The position numbers and the translations under genes were made by a program. The notes under the pieces were generated by a model. The model ran no database searches and had not been told where the DNA came from. It saw only the letters and a list, made by a program, of their open reading frames with translations. A stretch of 64,000 nt of DNA from Bugula neritina (lineage: Eukaryota > Animalia > Bryozoa): positions 14,910,633 through 14,974,632 of the forward strand of contig OZ037769.1 in NCBI GenBank assembly GCA_964035545.1, written 5' to 3'. The first letter of the stretch is position 1. Every line of letters begins with the position of its first letter. Of the stretch, positions 13,684 to 26,700 are shown one piece after another.

Positions 13684-15855
13684 ACTTTTCAAGCAGATTG
13701 AGATAGTTTGGTAACATCTCATGCAGTATCTCATGCCAGGAAGTGTAAAGAGGATGGAATAGATTACCCAGGCCCTGACCCCATGCATGCAACAAGGTCT
13801 TTGAGCTCTGCCCTAAGGAAGAAGTCAATTTGCTTGCTTTTTTCCCTCCAGATGGGACTCAGATTATCATTACATGCGCCGAGAAAAAGCTTATTCGAAA
13901 GATAAAAAGTGTGAATACGCTAAAAACAGCATGTAGTTAATAATTATTTGCAGCAAGCATGCAGTTGATCTTCTAAATGTACTTTTTAATCAGCAATACA
14001 CCAAGAAGCCAAAACAGCTGTGGTGGATTATATTGAGAATCGCCAGCCTGCCATGATTTATAGTCATGAAACTGTGAGGTCTTAAACTAGCAACTTCAAA
14101 TTTGATTCCGTCAGAAATTTTCTTCCCACATTTGCAGATCCAGTTAAATGCCAGAAATTGAATCCATTTCAACCCACCTGCTAACACATGTATCGAAGTC
14201 AAGGAACATAATGATGTCAATTAGTCTATCTTGATGAGCAAATAGCATTAGCAGATGAACAGTAATATACTTCCTCAGTCTACGCAAGTTTCAATTACTA
14301 AAGCATTGCAGGGCTGCTAAGGAATTTCCATAACGTTATTTTTTAATGTTAAATTAATATCATAGAAGAGGTTGATTGTTGGACATTTTTTACTTCATTG
14401 TCATCACTGGTTATATAATTTTGAAACAATCAATTATATATTTTTGAGTTTTTTCACAAATTGCTGTTGTTTATGTGTTTGAATTTCTTTTATCTCCACT
14501 AAAGTAGAAAATAAAGCGATGAAGTTGTAATTGAGTTGAATGCCCAAGTTTTTATAAATATAACAAGCAAATTCCTGGAGCAATTTTGTGAAAACGAAAT
14601 TGCAAATATTTTTTTAATAAAATGAGAGTTTAAGTAAATGCAAGGTCGTTATGTCTTTTTCTACTCATAAAATAATTATGTTGCTCGTAAATTTTATACA
14701 ATTGTAAAGCTAAATAAGATTTTATATTATCATGTCATTTATTGCTAAATAAATACTGTTCACCCTAATCAAAAGTAAAGCTTCAGTTGTACCAACAAAT
14801 ATAAGTTAAGGCTTACGATTATGTAATATTGTTGACCTAATACTAATTGTTCATTTTTCAACACATAGATCAAAACGATTTTTATTACTATAAGTGTTAC
14901 TACTATAATGAAATGTATACTTTTAGTTATTTATAGGTGATTGAACTTGAGGTAAAGTACCTTTAAGCTTTTGATTAAACAAATTTTTTTAGTTATAACA
15001 TTGCATTTTAAAATAGGATTGCACTTCTGTTATTGAATAAGTGTTTTGCAGCTATAATTAAATATATGATTTGCTTTTGCTTTATAATTTTATAATATTC
15101 TGGTAAATTTTTCAACTTTATCATTCACAATGCACTTTATTTTCAAAATTTTATTTAAAACATGGTGCACCCTGCATTTATTAAACTTTTTAAAACATCT
15201 GTTAAAGCAGAAATACAAAAAACAGCGAAACAATTGCATTTCATTTATAGCAAGCTGTATATTATATGGTATTAGATACTGTCTAAAACTGTATATAAGT
15301 CTTTAAAGCTACTTTGCTTCTAAAAGCAGAAATTGTGAAACTTATGATCAGTCATTTTTTGAAAACTTCAAAAAAACAGCCTGATACAGTAGCAGTTTAA
15401 GTGAAAGAATGCTAGTTCTTAATTACATGAGAAGAAAATTTGATGAAATGGTTGAACAAAAAATGGCAGTCATGTATTTTTAGCAATTACATGGAAACAT
15501 AAAACTGAGCTCTAGTGTTACTGAGACAGAATGCATCAATAATATAACAAACAGTTGGTACTACACATTTGTATGAGCATAAACCTTTAAAAAAATGGTA
15601 CATCATAGTAGATATTATCTAAAAATTTACTCATGGGTGGAAAAAACCTGATGTTATTTTAGCAACAGAGGCTTACACAATAGTCCACTTTGTCAGTAAT
15701 TGTTAAATTGGGTGATGCTGTAACCATGCAAATATTAGGTGTATAACCAAAGGATACTGCAGTAGGTATTATAGAGCCATCTGCAGATGCGACTATAACT
15801 ATAAAATGGCCTCTGTTAAATTACTGATATTAGATTGAAAAACTTATGGTAATAG

Positions 15856-16045
<190 letters not shown>

Positions 16046-16434
16046 GTATAATTATAGGGATTTTTTATAATTCTCAATTTTATTGTTATTGTAGCTTTTT
16101 TTCTCAACCAACTAGCCTGATATTTGTTCAGTGAAAGATAAGTTGGCCTTGTAAGTCAGTAAGGAGGCGCAAAAAACTTACTGTTTAGTCAAACAGATTA
16201 AATAAGTGAACACAATATTATGCTGTTGGGAAGTTACACTCAAATAGAAGGGGAAAAAGCTTTTAGCAAAAGTTGAAGTGATCAAGAGTGAGAGTTTTTT
16301 ATCTTGAATTATATATAAGAAACCAATTGAAGGAGGTATACACATAGAGATGTTTTTCTTTCGACGGATTATAATTCAAAAATTTAGTAATTAGAGAGCA
16401 ACTCTTAGTTTTGTTTTTATGTTTTGCGTTTTAG

Positions 16435-17980
16435 GAATATTTTACAAGAGATGATAACTCTGGGTTTTAAAGCGACACAACAGAATCATATCTTCAAAAA
16501 CGTAAGATAGACCAACATCATACATCTTTAAACATAAATTATTGGTTCAATGAAATCTTTGAAGGTAAGTAATGTCTAGCCAAAATTTGAATGTTATAAT
16601 AAAAGTGGTTGTGTACTATCCCAGCTGACAGATTTATATTATCTCGTTTGCATGGGAATTGTCTTCTTAAATCGATAAAATGACAAGCTTATATAATTTA
16701 CTCTCTATGGGCTCATAGCTTTTCTGCACTATGACAATTTGTGTTATAATTTAATTAAGTGCATAATTTTGAAGCTACAGAAGTTACTGAATTTTGTTTA
16801 TTTTTAGTTTATTTAAAGGGTGCTTACAATTAGTAAGAAATTTTCATGCTATATGGTCTGTTGCACCGAAGACTGTTGTGTGTTAACTTACCCTTTACTT
16901 GGTAGCTATAAGGCAATTAGTGATGTCTGTTGATTATTAAGCGAAGTTGATTTGAAATATGATTAAATTTGGCGGTTGATGACTAATGGGCTACTCTGGA
17001 ATACGTCAATACTGTGGGATTTTTTACTCTGATTTTTACTTTTATGTAATGACTATATATTTCACACAATACTAGTATGGATAAAGATGAGGCAGCTCTT
17101 GGAGTGAATATAATTTCTAAATATATATGTTTCTGAGTATACTCTCACATAAATAAAAAAATTTTGAAATTATCCTACCTTTTAATCATATCCATAATTT
17201 AAATCCCCAAGTCACCATACTTCTACATGATGTTACGAATTCCGAGGCCTCTGTAGTGTGATTGGTTAGCGTGCCTGCAGCTTCTTAGTCAGAGGTCTGT
17301 GATTCGAATCTTCTTTGGGGCAAGAATTTTACAGGTAATTTCAGCCTTGTGTTGTGGAATAACTTTCAGAGAGTTGAGTGGTGTGTGAAGCTTATGAACT
17401 GACAGTGTGCAATGGGGGCCAGTGCAGTTCTAGAGAGAACCGGGTAAAATATTGCTAGGAATCCCGACGCCCATGTGGTGTAATTGGTTAGTGTGCCGGA
17501 GGTCTGTAGTTCGATTTCCGGTGAAGGCAATCATTTTACATTCTATAAGTCTATAATATTGATCTTCAATGTCTAGTTTGTAGAGATATTTTGATGTCCC
17601 ATTACGGGTGATAGAAAAGTTGTGTCATTAGAAACTTTCTTAATCTGTTATATGTTCAAAAATGCAAATTAAATTAGTTTATGTATAAACCAACCATATG
17701 CAAGAAAGTCAATGATTCAAAATGCACCATATATATTATGGCAATAATGTAGCTTTTTTCCAGGAATTATTAATACTTCATAATTAGTATGCATTTTTAC
17801 TTACATGTTAATACCTGGCTAATTTATGGGCTACATCAATCTCTCTGTCAAAATTTTCTTATACCTATAATATCCTGGGTTGGGGATTAGGACAGAGTAT
17901 TGCTACATGTCCTGTTGACTGGAGTATTCAGTGACCTGTGTATATAGTAGTGTTAGTCAACTATATACCTCTACTAGGTA
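16435..17980 (+). pseudogene. Degenerate SLC16 paralog (exon 5, 6 and 8 remnants)
   Basis: Exon-5-like 16435-16564 keeps AG/GT ends but has an in-frame TAA. Exon-6-like ~16968-17113 (cacaatactagtatggataaagatgaggcagctcttggagt, almost identical to B) has indels. Exon-8-like ~17870-17978 (ggattaggacagagtattgcta...cagtgacctgtgta) is frameshifted. Confidence 0.8.
17244..17530 (+). mobile_element. tRNA-derived SINE-like element with two tRNA-like heads
   Basis: Head 1 (17244-17323): tgtagtgtgattggttagcgtg...gaggtctgtgattcgaatc...ggcaa. Head 2 (17466-17530): tgtggtgtaattggttagtgtgcc-ggaggtctgtagttcgatttcc...ggcaa. Both have A-box- and B-box-like motifs but broken cloverleaves. Confidence 0.55.
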
Positions 17981-18984
17981 GAGTGCTGTACGTTATTATA
18001 TAGCTGGAGGATATTAATTTCATATACTGCTACAGAATTTCGACCATTAAAACATAATATTCTTTTTCAAGTTCAAATTAATAAGCTAGGTAAGTCCTAA
18101 TTAAATTTACTACCAAACCATTTAAGTTTATCTTCCATAATATTTCTGGTATATATTTAGTACCAATTTTAGATAGTTTGAACATGTTAAACAGTTTTGC
18201 TGGCTTTTATTTTATTAAAATATTTTTGCATAAGTGGCAACACATTTAAACTAAGTGCAACATGATTCCAGTAGGCATTTCAGCTACTTTCTCCACAATG
18301 CTAACTGCATGTTGCTGAAATATTAATCAATTACATACCTTTGGAATAAGTTTATTACATGCTATACAACGCAACATAATTATAAATATAGTGCACGCAT
18401 GCAACATTTATACATGGTATACAAGTATGTTTTCAATACTAGATAAATTTTCAAGCAACTTTTATTTATATAGTATAAATACACATTCATGTATCTATAG
18501 TATGTTATAATAGGTGATTCTAAAAATACAATTTAATAAAGAGCTATTTGTAAAAATTTTATATATCTTCATCTATACTGGCACGAAAGCTAAATATGAG
18601 ACTGCCCGCAGAGTAAACTTACTGAGTGGATTGATTTTTTCTAAGACTTGATACTGCTACAGATATTTTATGAGGTGATTTATTATACTCAATATAATTA
18701 AAAAATGCTATAAGAAGCTTAAGAATAAGGATTAAGTAAAGTAACTAAATTCTAAGTTTGAAGTTAGTTTTTCTAAAGTCAATTTACTATATAGGCTATT
18801 GCACCTAATCATAAAGAGTTAAAAAGTACCTATAATGTTAACTAGCCAAATCAATTATTACTGTAGAGGTCAGTAATTATTACAAGCCTGTTATAATTAG
18901 ACATGCACCTGAAGTTATTGGGCACCATGGCCTTATCAACAATCATACCAGCTTATTATTCCTCTATAAAGTTAGTTTTAGGGT

Positions 18985-19077
18985 TTGTGCGTGTGCGTGT
19001 GCGTGTGCGTGTGCGTGTGCGTGTGCGTGTGCGTGTGCGTGTGCGTGTGCGTGTGTGTGTGTGTGTGTGGTGTATGT

Positions 19078-19120
<43 letters not shown>

Positions 19121-19639
19121 TGTGTATGAATGTGGTGTGTGTGTGTGTCTGTGTGTGTGGCGTGTGTGGTGTGTGTGTGTGTGTGTGGTGTGTGTATGTG
19201 TGCGTGGTGTGTGTGTTTGTGTGTATGTGTGTATGGTGTGTATGTGTGTGTATGTGTGTATGTGTGTGTATGTGTGTGTATGGTGTGTGTGGTGTGTATG
19301 GTGTGTGTGTGTGTGTGTGTGTGGTGTGTGAATGTGGTGTGTGTGGTGTGTGTGTCTGTGTGTGTGGTGCGTGTGTGGTGTGCATGTGTGTGTATGTGGG
19401 TGTGTGTGTGGTGTATGTGCGTGTGTGTGTGTGAATGTGGTGTGTGTGTGAATATGGTGTGTGTGTATGGTGTGTATGGTGTGTATATGTGTATGTGTGT
19501 GTGTGGTGTGTGTGGTGTGTGTGGTGTGTGTATGTGTGTGTATGTGTGTGTGTCTGTGTGTATATGTGTGTATATGTGTGTGTGTGTGTGTGTGGTGTGT
19601 GTGTGTGTGTGGTGTGTGTGTGTGTTGTGTGTGAATGTG

Positions 19640-19697
<58 letters not shown>

Positions 19698-19967
19698 TGT
19701 GTGTGTGTGTGTGGTGTGTGTGGTGTGTGTGGTGTGTGTGTGTGTGTGTGTGTATGTGTGTGTGTGGTGTATGTGGTGTGTGTGTGTGTGTGGTGTGTAT
19801 GAATGTGGTGTGTGTGTGTCTGTGTGTGTGGTGTGTGTGGTGTGTGTATGTGTGTGTGTGGTGTGTGTGTCTGTGTGTATGTGTGTATGGTGTGTATGTG
19901 TGTGTATGTGTGTGTATGTGTGTATGTGTGTGTATGGTGTGTGTGGTGTGTGTGTCTGTGTGTGTGT

Positions 19968-20020
<53 letters not shown>

Positions 20021-20405
20021 TGTGTAAATGTGGTGTGTGTGGTGTGTGTGTCTGTGTGTGTGGTGCGTGTGTGGTGTGCATGTGTGTGTATGTGGGTGTG
20101 TGTGTGGTGTATGTGCGTGTGCGTGTGTGTGTGAATGTGGTGTGTGCGTGTGAATGTGGTGTGTGTATGGTGTGTATGGTGTGTATGTGTGTATGTGTGT
20201 GTGTGGTGTGTGTGGTGTGTGTGGTGTGTGTATGTGTGTGTATGTGTGTGTCTGTATGTATATGTGTGTGTATGTGTGTGTGTGTATGTGTGTGTGTGGT
20301 GTGTGTGTCTGTGTGTATGTGTGTATGGTGTGTATGTGTGTGTATGTGTGTGTATGTGTGTATGTGTGTGTATGGTGTGTGTGGTGTGTGTGTCTGTGTG
20401 TGTGT

Positions 20406-20476
<71 letters not shown>

Positions 20477-20723
20477 TGTGTAAATGTGGTGTGTGTGGTG
20501 TGTGTGTCTGTGTGTGTGGTGCGTGTGTGGTGTGCATGTGTGTGTATGTGGGTGTGTGTGTGGTGTATGTGCGTGTGCGTGTGTGTGTGAATGTGGTGTG
20601 TGCGTGTGAATGTGGTGTGTGTATGGTGTGTATGGTGTGTATGTGTGTATGTGTGTGTGTGGTGTGTGTGGTGTGTGTGGTGTGTGTATGTGTGTGTATG
20701 TGTGTGTCTGTATGTATATGTGT

Positions 20724-20761
<38 letters not shown>

Positions 20762-21045
20762 TGTGTGTGTGGTGTGTGTGTGTTGTGTGTGAATGTGTTG
20801 TGTGTGTGTGTGTGGTGTGTGTGGTGTGTGTGGTGTGTGTGGTGTGTGTGGTGTGTGTGGTGTGTGTGGTGTGTGTGGTGTGTGTGGTGTGTGTGGTGTG
20901 TGTGGTGTGTGTGGTGTGTGTGGTGTGTGTGGTGTGTGTGGTGTGTGTGGTGTGTGTGGTGTGTGTGGTGTGTGTGGTGTGTGTGGTGTGTGTGGTGTGT
21001 GTGGTGTGTGTGGTGTGTGTGGTGTGTGTGGTGTGTGTGGTGTGT

Positions 21046-21092
<47 letters not shown>

Positions 21093-21103
21093 GTGTGTGT
21101 GTG
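18985..21103. repeat. Complex (TG)n satellite, ~2.1 kb, with (GTGCGT)n, (TGTGGTGTG)n and higher-order units
   Basis: Directly visible. Marker motifs recur at 456-bp spacing (e.g. 20135 and 20591), and there is a pure 9-mer block at ~20810-21045. Confidence 0.97.
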
Positions 21104-22583
21104 CACCAGTAATAATGGCACAAATAACGAAGTAAGTGTAAAAATGTCACATGTTCAATATTAAGGCTTGGCCGTGGTGGATGGGGGTTTGGAAGGAGGA
21201 AGGGGGTTAGGTTTGAGAATGGAGGTTTGGTGTTTTTTGCTTAGAGTTGGAAAAATTTAAATTCAGTGCATGTGCCTTTCTTACCTACTTTTCCATTTGT
21301 GCAATTATTATACCTGCGTGCCATTATTTCCTGCAGCATTTGTGCGGTGCCATTTTTACCTAAAATCAAAACAGCTTATCTGTTCCTGGTTTCACAAAAC
21401 AGACAGATCTTAAGGTTTTTTGCGCACACCCTAATTTCACAATGAGGCATAAACTTTCTCTCAACATGATTATAATTTTCTAAAATATAAAGTTAGTTTA
21501 TTAGTTCTGTAGCATGTAATACAATGATTGCAATGGATTAGCATACCCAACTTTTAGTAGAATACTTATTATAGTTTTCATTACAGTAAATTTCAGCATA
21601 ATATTATTATTAACCTCCTATATATATAACATACTATTTCAATACAATAGTAAATTACTTGTTTATTTTCTGCTGACAGTTATATCTTACTTATGCATGA
21701 CTATAGCGTATTGCATCATCATTGCGTTATCTTGGTGTCTACAGCTTAATGTAATGGCATCACACTACGTACTTATACAAGTAAACCTGATAAAGGTTAT
21801 TACTACAGTCATCAATACATAGTTTTTTTACACTGATTTGTAAAAGAATATGTACAAGCAATTTAAAGAATTATATAGCTATCTGCATATCATAGTGTGA
21901 GAACAGATGTATTGGCACATTAATTGCTATGTGTATTTTACTGCTAATATGAATATTATCTTTGTTATATTATAATAATTGCTTCGAAATGTTGTAATAT
22001 TTAGATTTTTTGTTTATTTGTTAAAACCACTTTAGTGCTAGTTCTGTTGTATACATCTTATGTTTTGTTTTTACAGTTTTCACAGGTTAACAAAGGGTAA
22101 ATAAATGGTTAATAAAGTTACATCAAATCAAACATATACACCTTGTCAAGATTCGTTTTTGACCTTGAGGCGCAGATACAGTGATTAAGTATAATTTTCT
22201 CACCTCAATAATATTGTACAACAGCATTTAGTTATATATAAATCTTATCTGTATATAATAATTATTTCAGCTTTTAACCTGTTTTATATAATCAATAATA
22301 TTAAGAATACCTGGCAAAGTTATGGAAAACCAGTATACATGCACGCAATTATATACTTTTTATATATACATACATAATATTTATTGTAATTAATTTAGTT
22401 TTATATTACAACCTGACCTAGTTTAAGCCTGAATATAAGTTATAGGGAAATATAACACTATTGTACACATTCTAAACAGGATTATGAAGTTTTGACTTTT
22501 AATAAGCACAGACTGTAAACAATAGTTTCCATACGCTATCCTGCATATATAACGGCAAACTAGATTAACATACATTTCAATTT

Positions 22584-22624
22584 ATCGCTTCTCGGCCTAG
22601 TGGATAAAATCAAGGTGTAGTATC
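22584..22624 (+). pseudogene. U2: U2 snRNA 5' fragment (3'-truncated, degenerate)
   Basis: ATCGCTTCTCGGCCTAGTGGATAAAATCAAGGTGTAGTATC matches the conserved U2 5' end (ATCGCTTCTCGGCCT...GGCTAAGATCAA(A)GTGTAGTATC), including the GTAGTA branch-pairing element. Similarity stops there. Confidence 0.8.
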
Positions 22625-23778
22625 AAAGTGTAATTTAGTTTTATAAAATAGATTGTTTTGTGTGATCTATAAAATTGTTTTATGTTCATCGGTGCCTTGC
22701 TAGTAGGCTATAGTGGCTCACTGAGTACTTTTTATGTTTAATCTGAAAACTATGGTTTTATGCTTCTGTGAAGGACTTATATGTATTTTAGATACCGATA
22801 TACCTTACTGCTATACTAGATTATAGCTCAGTATAATATTTATTCCTGACATAAAAGTTATATGATAATAAAATACCTCTCATATAGAGCTTACTATTAA
22901 AGATACTTTATTACTCTCTTATTTCTCAAAGCTAGTTAACTATTATAGATATTCCATAAAAAGTTACATATTAGCTTAGTAAAATCACAGCATAGTTATT
23001 TTAACTGTACTATTATATTTCTACACTGAATAGTGTAAGACAAGTAGAAAGTATGTAGTATCAGATAATATTGACGCTGCTTTAGCAATTGCAAGTGTAA
23101 ACACTACATGCACTATATGTAGATTCATGTGCTTAACTAGTGTTATATTATATCATTTGTATAGTTCTATAAAATATAAGCCTATCTCACATTGCTATCA
23201 TATTATGTTCATTAATTAAACCAATTATATTGCAGAGCATAAATTACTTAAAAGTTAATTTAAATGAAATAGTGATACAACTTTTTTTTACACAATTTAT
23301 AGCATATAAATCTCTTGTTTCACTATATAAAGCTAAACCTATGGCATTATTCATAGTGATGTTGAGCCAATGCTTTATATTGTACACTTGATTGATTGAA
23401 TAGCAATATTTGAAGTAGGTTTTAAAAGATTTATACAATACCTTAAAGAGATAAGCTATTTGTTGCTATATATTCTGTTGTAAGTGATCTCTAATTCTAT
23501 GATGCAATATATATTCAATAGAATCTCAGTATATGGAATACCTATGAAAGGAAATTGATAGCTGATGGTATCTGCTTTAACAAGTCTATGCTTTAATAAT
23601 TGTGTAGCTTTATATTCCTATTACAATTCAAATAATCCTTTCAATGAAGGACTTTCATGTAATGATATCAAATGAAATTATAATATTGTACAACACGTCA
23701 AATTGAACCTTTGCTATTTCTACAACACATTTTTGTAGGGCAAGTATACATATACATACATCTATCAATATTGCAGTC

Positions 23779-26700
23779 ATGGCATGTGTAAGAGCCTTCA
23801 AATTAACCAAAGATAAAGGTTACTCTTGGGTGATTGTTCTTGGATCTTTCTTGTCTCACTTTGCCCATATCGGATTTACATTTGGGACAGCTGGTAACTT
23901 GACAATAGCTCATCAAGACTTCTTCAAAGTTGATTTACAGCAAGGAAGTCTCATTGGAACTGTACATGTTGGTGTTCTGTTCCTTTTTGGTGAGTGAATA
24001 TCTATTACTATATAAAATGTGCTTGAATTGGAAAGTTTGTCCTATAAAATGTGTATTCAATATTATTAGAGAGATGTATAACAGATCAATTATAAGTACT
24101 TTTATATAATAGTGTATTGTTTAATGTGCTTAACATGTCTTACATGCTTTAAAATTCCACTTAAAAATAATTTCACCTTATTGAATGACATCTTTCTATG
24201 TTTACAGGCCCAATAACTGCAGCTATTGTGAAGAAATTGGGTTGTCAGTTCACAGAATTCCTTGGAGGTTTTTTTCTCATAGCCGGAGTTGGTCTCTCTG
24301 CTTTCTCTAGAGATCTTTGGCATGCCATTGTTCTCTACAGTGTTGTAGCAGGTATTAAAAGCAAAAGTGTGTTTTTGTATAAAATATATTGCTTATTATA
24401 TTTTAAATTCAATGATTTGATGAGTGCTGTCAGCAACTATTGGTCAAAACACTTCCAGTTTGTTTTTTTTCTTTTCTTTGATGTTGGTGAAACTTAAAAT
24501 ACAATCATATAACAGTAACGCAATTGCCACCTAGCTATTTTATAAGTTATTTATTCAATATAAACTTATTATAGTTTGACAAAGTTTTGACATTCAGTTG
24601 ACTTACATTTAAACAAATTCAATATCCTAGAATTAAACCATATGTGTAAATTACTCATACTTGTTTCCTTGACAAGTGCGAGTTTGCTAAAACGTATCCT
24701 TATCAGGATATTACTCTCCTGTACTCAACAAGTTTCTTCGGTTTTAGGTATTGGTGGTTCGTGCTGCTATACTGCAAGTTCCCAAATACTGGCTGTCTAT
24801 TTTGACCGATTAAAGTACGTTGCATTCTCACTAGCTGCTCTAGGATACTATGTGGGTGTAATGGCATGGTCTATTCTTTCTCAATTCCTACTCAATAAGT
24901 TTGGCTACTCCCAGGCAATGGGCATCATGGCAAGTGCTCATCTACTGCATATCATAGCTGGAATATTATTCTTTGAACCTAAAACAATGCCCAACCAAGG
25001 TCAGTTCATTTTCATACTTATAGATGTAAACTTTAACACATAACAGTTATATGAGTAACAGATCAAGTACTGATGTACTCATAACTGACGTCGGGTTATA
25101 CTCACTATCCCTGATGGCTAAGGAAGTTTTTATAATGCGGGACAGGAGCAATTTTGACTGGATGTCTTTCCCGAGAATTGCGCCACCATCCCATTTACTA
25201 AGCCAGTGCCTTATAACCACTAAACCACAGTTGCTCCCTTGATGTTGTGTTTATAACAACTTTTTGAAAATTTTTAATTAGCAGCTATATGCTTTGCTGA
25301 ACTTTTTTACGGATTAACTCCAATAATTATTTGATTACACAATATTTGACCTGGTCATTTTCTTAATTAATGCTAGTTTTGTTGCTGTTATTGTAGTTGA
25401 TATTCAACAAAAAGGGAGTTTTAATGCATTCCTTCAAATGTGTCTTTGAATATATATTTTTTTCACAAAAACAAATAAATGCATTGCAGAATTCAAAAAT
25501 TTATCGCATAAGCTAAATGACTGGAAGCAAATGTCTATATCGTAATCATGCTGAAACACAAAAAAGCAAAAATGCAAGTTTACTGCTTTGTAGCAAACCT
25601 TGAGAGATCTGAATGTAAAATCAATGAGAATACTGGCAAAGATAATCTGGCCTTAGAAGTTTGTCATGATCAGGTGAGCTAAAATTTTTGCATCAGCTTC
25701 AGGAGAAAATTTATATTTGATTAGAATATAAATCTAATAATAATGGCTGATGTACTAGAACTAAAATTAAATTATATAGGTGTTGAAATATATAGGACAA
25801 GACAATTCGTTTAAATTATTCACAAGGCATGCATGTTTTTTTTATTTTTACTTCAAGTAAACTATTCAAAATACTCAGTTTTTATGTTTTTATAGAACAG
25901 TTCAACAAACGTTAAGACTGACTCGTTTGAAAACTTTGAATCATCACCAGAAGTAAACGATGGCTCTTCAAATTTAATGACTGGTTTCAAAGAGTTAATA
26001 AAATCTTGGAAGGTAAACAAATACTTTATTACACTGCTAGATTATTTATAATGTCTAACAGCTCTACTTGTGGTTATTTATAACAATTAAACAGTATGAA
26101 TATTTTACTGAATTTCAGGTATGGCTATTGCTAGCCAATGGGATGCTTTGGTCAGTTAATTCTTCAGGATTTTTGATCTTGGTAAACAGCTATATTATTC
26201 ATAACACTGAGATGGATGCCAATGAAGCAGCTCTTGGGGTAACTATTATAGGTAAGACAATGCATTGCTTATAATGCTACAGTATTCAATATTTTTGATA
26301 TCATGACTATCAGTCAATTAGTCCAGTTTTGTTGAAACTGAGTAATCAGAATTAGCATCTAAATTAAGTGCTGCACTGTATATACAGTTAGTCAAATAGT
26401 TGCCAAATAATAATTATTATCAGTATAATTTGTAAAATATAATTCTATCGAATATTTTACTATAACAGGATATGAATCAATTAAATTCTAAAGCTTAGTT
26501 TATACCAATAATGTTATTGAAAATAAAGACATCGTTTTTATAAAAGATTATATTAGGACAAACAAACCTCGTTTTGGTTAAATAATTTAACATGCAGCTA
26601 TATATTAACCAGCTTGAAGTAGAAGTATGTAAACTGTAAGAAAAAACAGCTGCTAACAGTGATATGTTATTATACCATCACATGATAATTGATTAGTTAT

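Noticed and set aside
20810-21045. TG1-3-like tract resembling yeast telomeric repeats
   Set aside because: It is an internal 9-mer variant of the TG satellite, with no TTAGGG/TTAGG array or chromosome-end context.
18903-21164. His/Thr-rich and Cys/Val-rich ORFs up to 728 aa
   Set aside because: They are artefacts of the (TG)n/(CA)n satellite being open in most frames; there is no splice or codon evidence.
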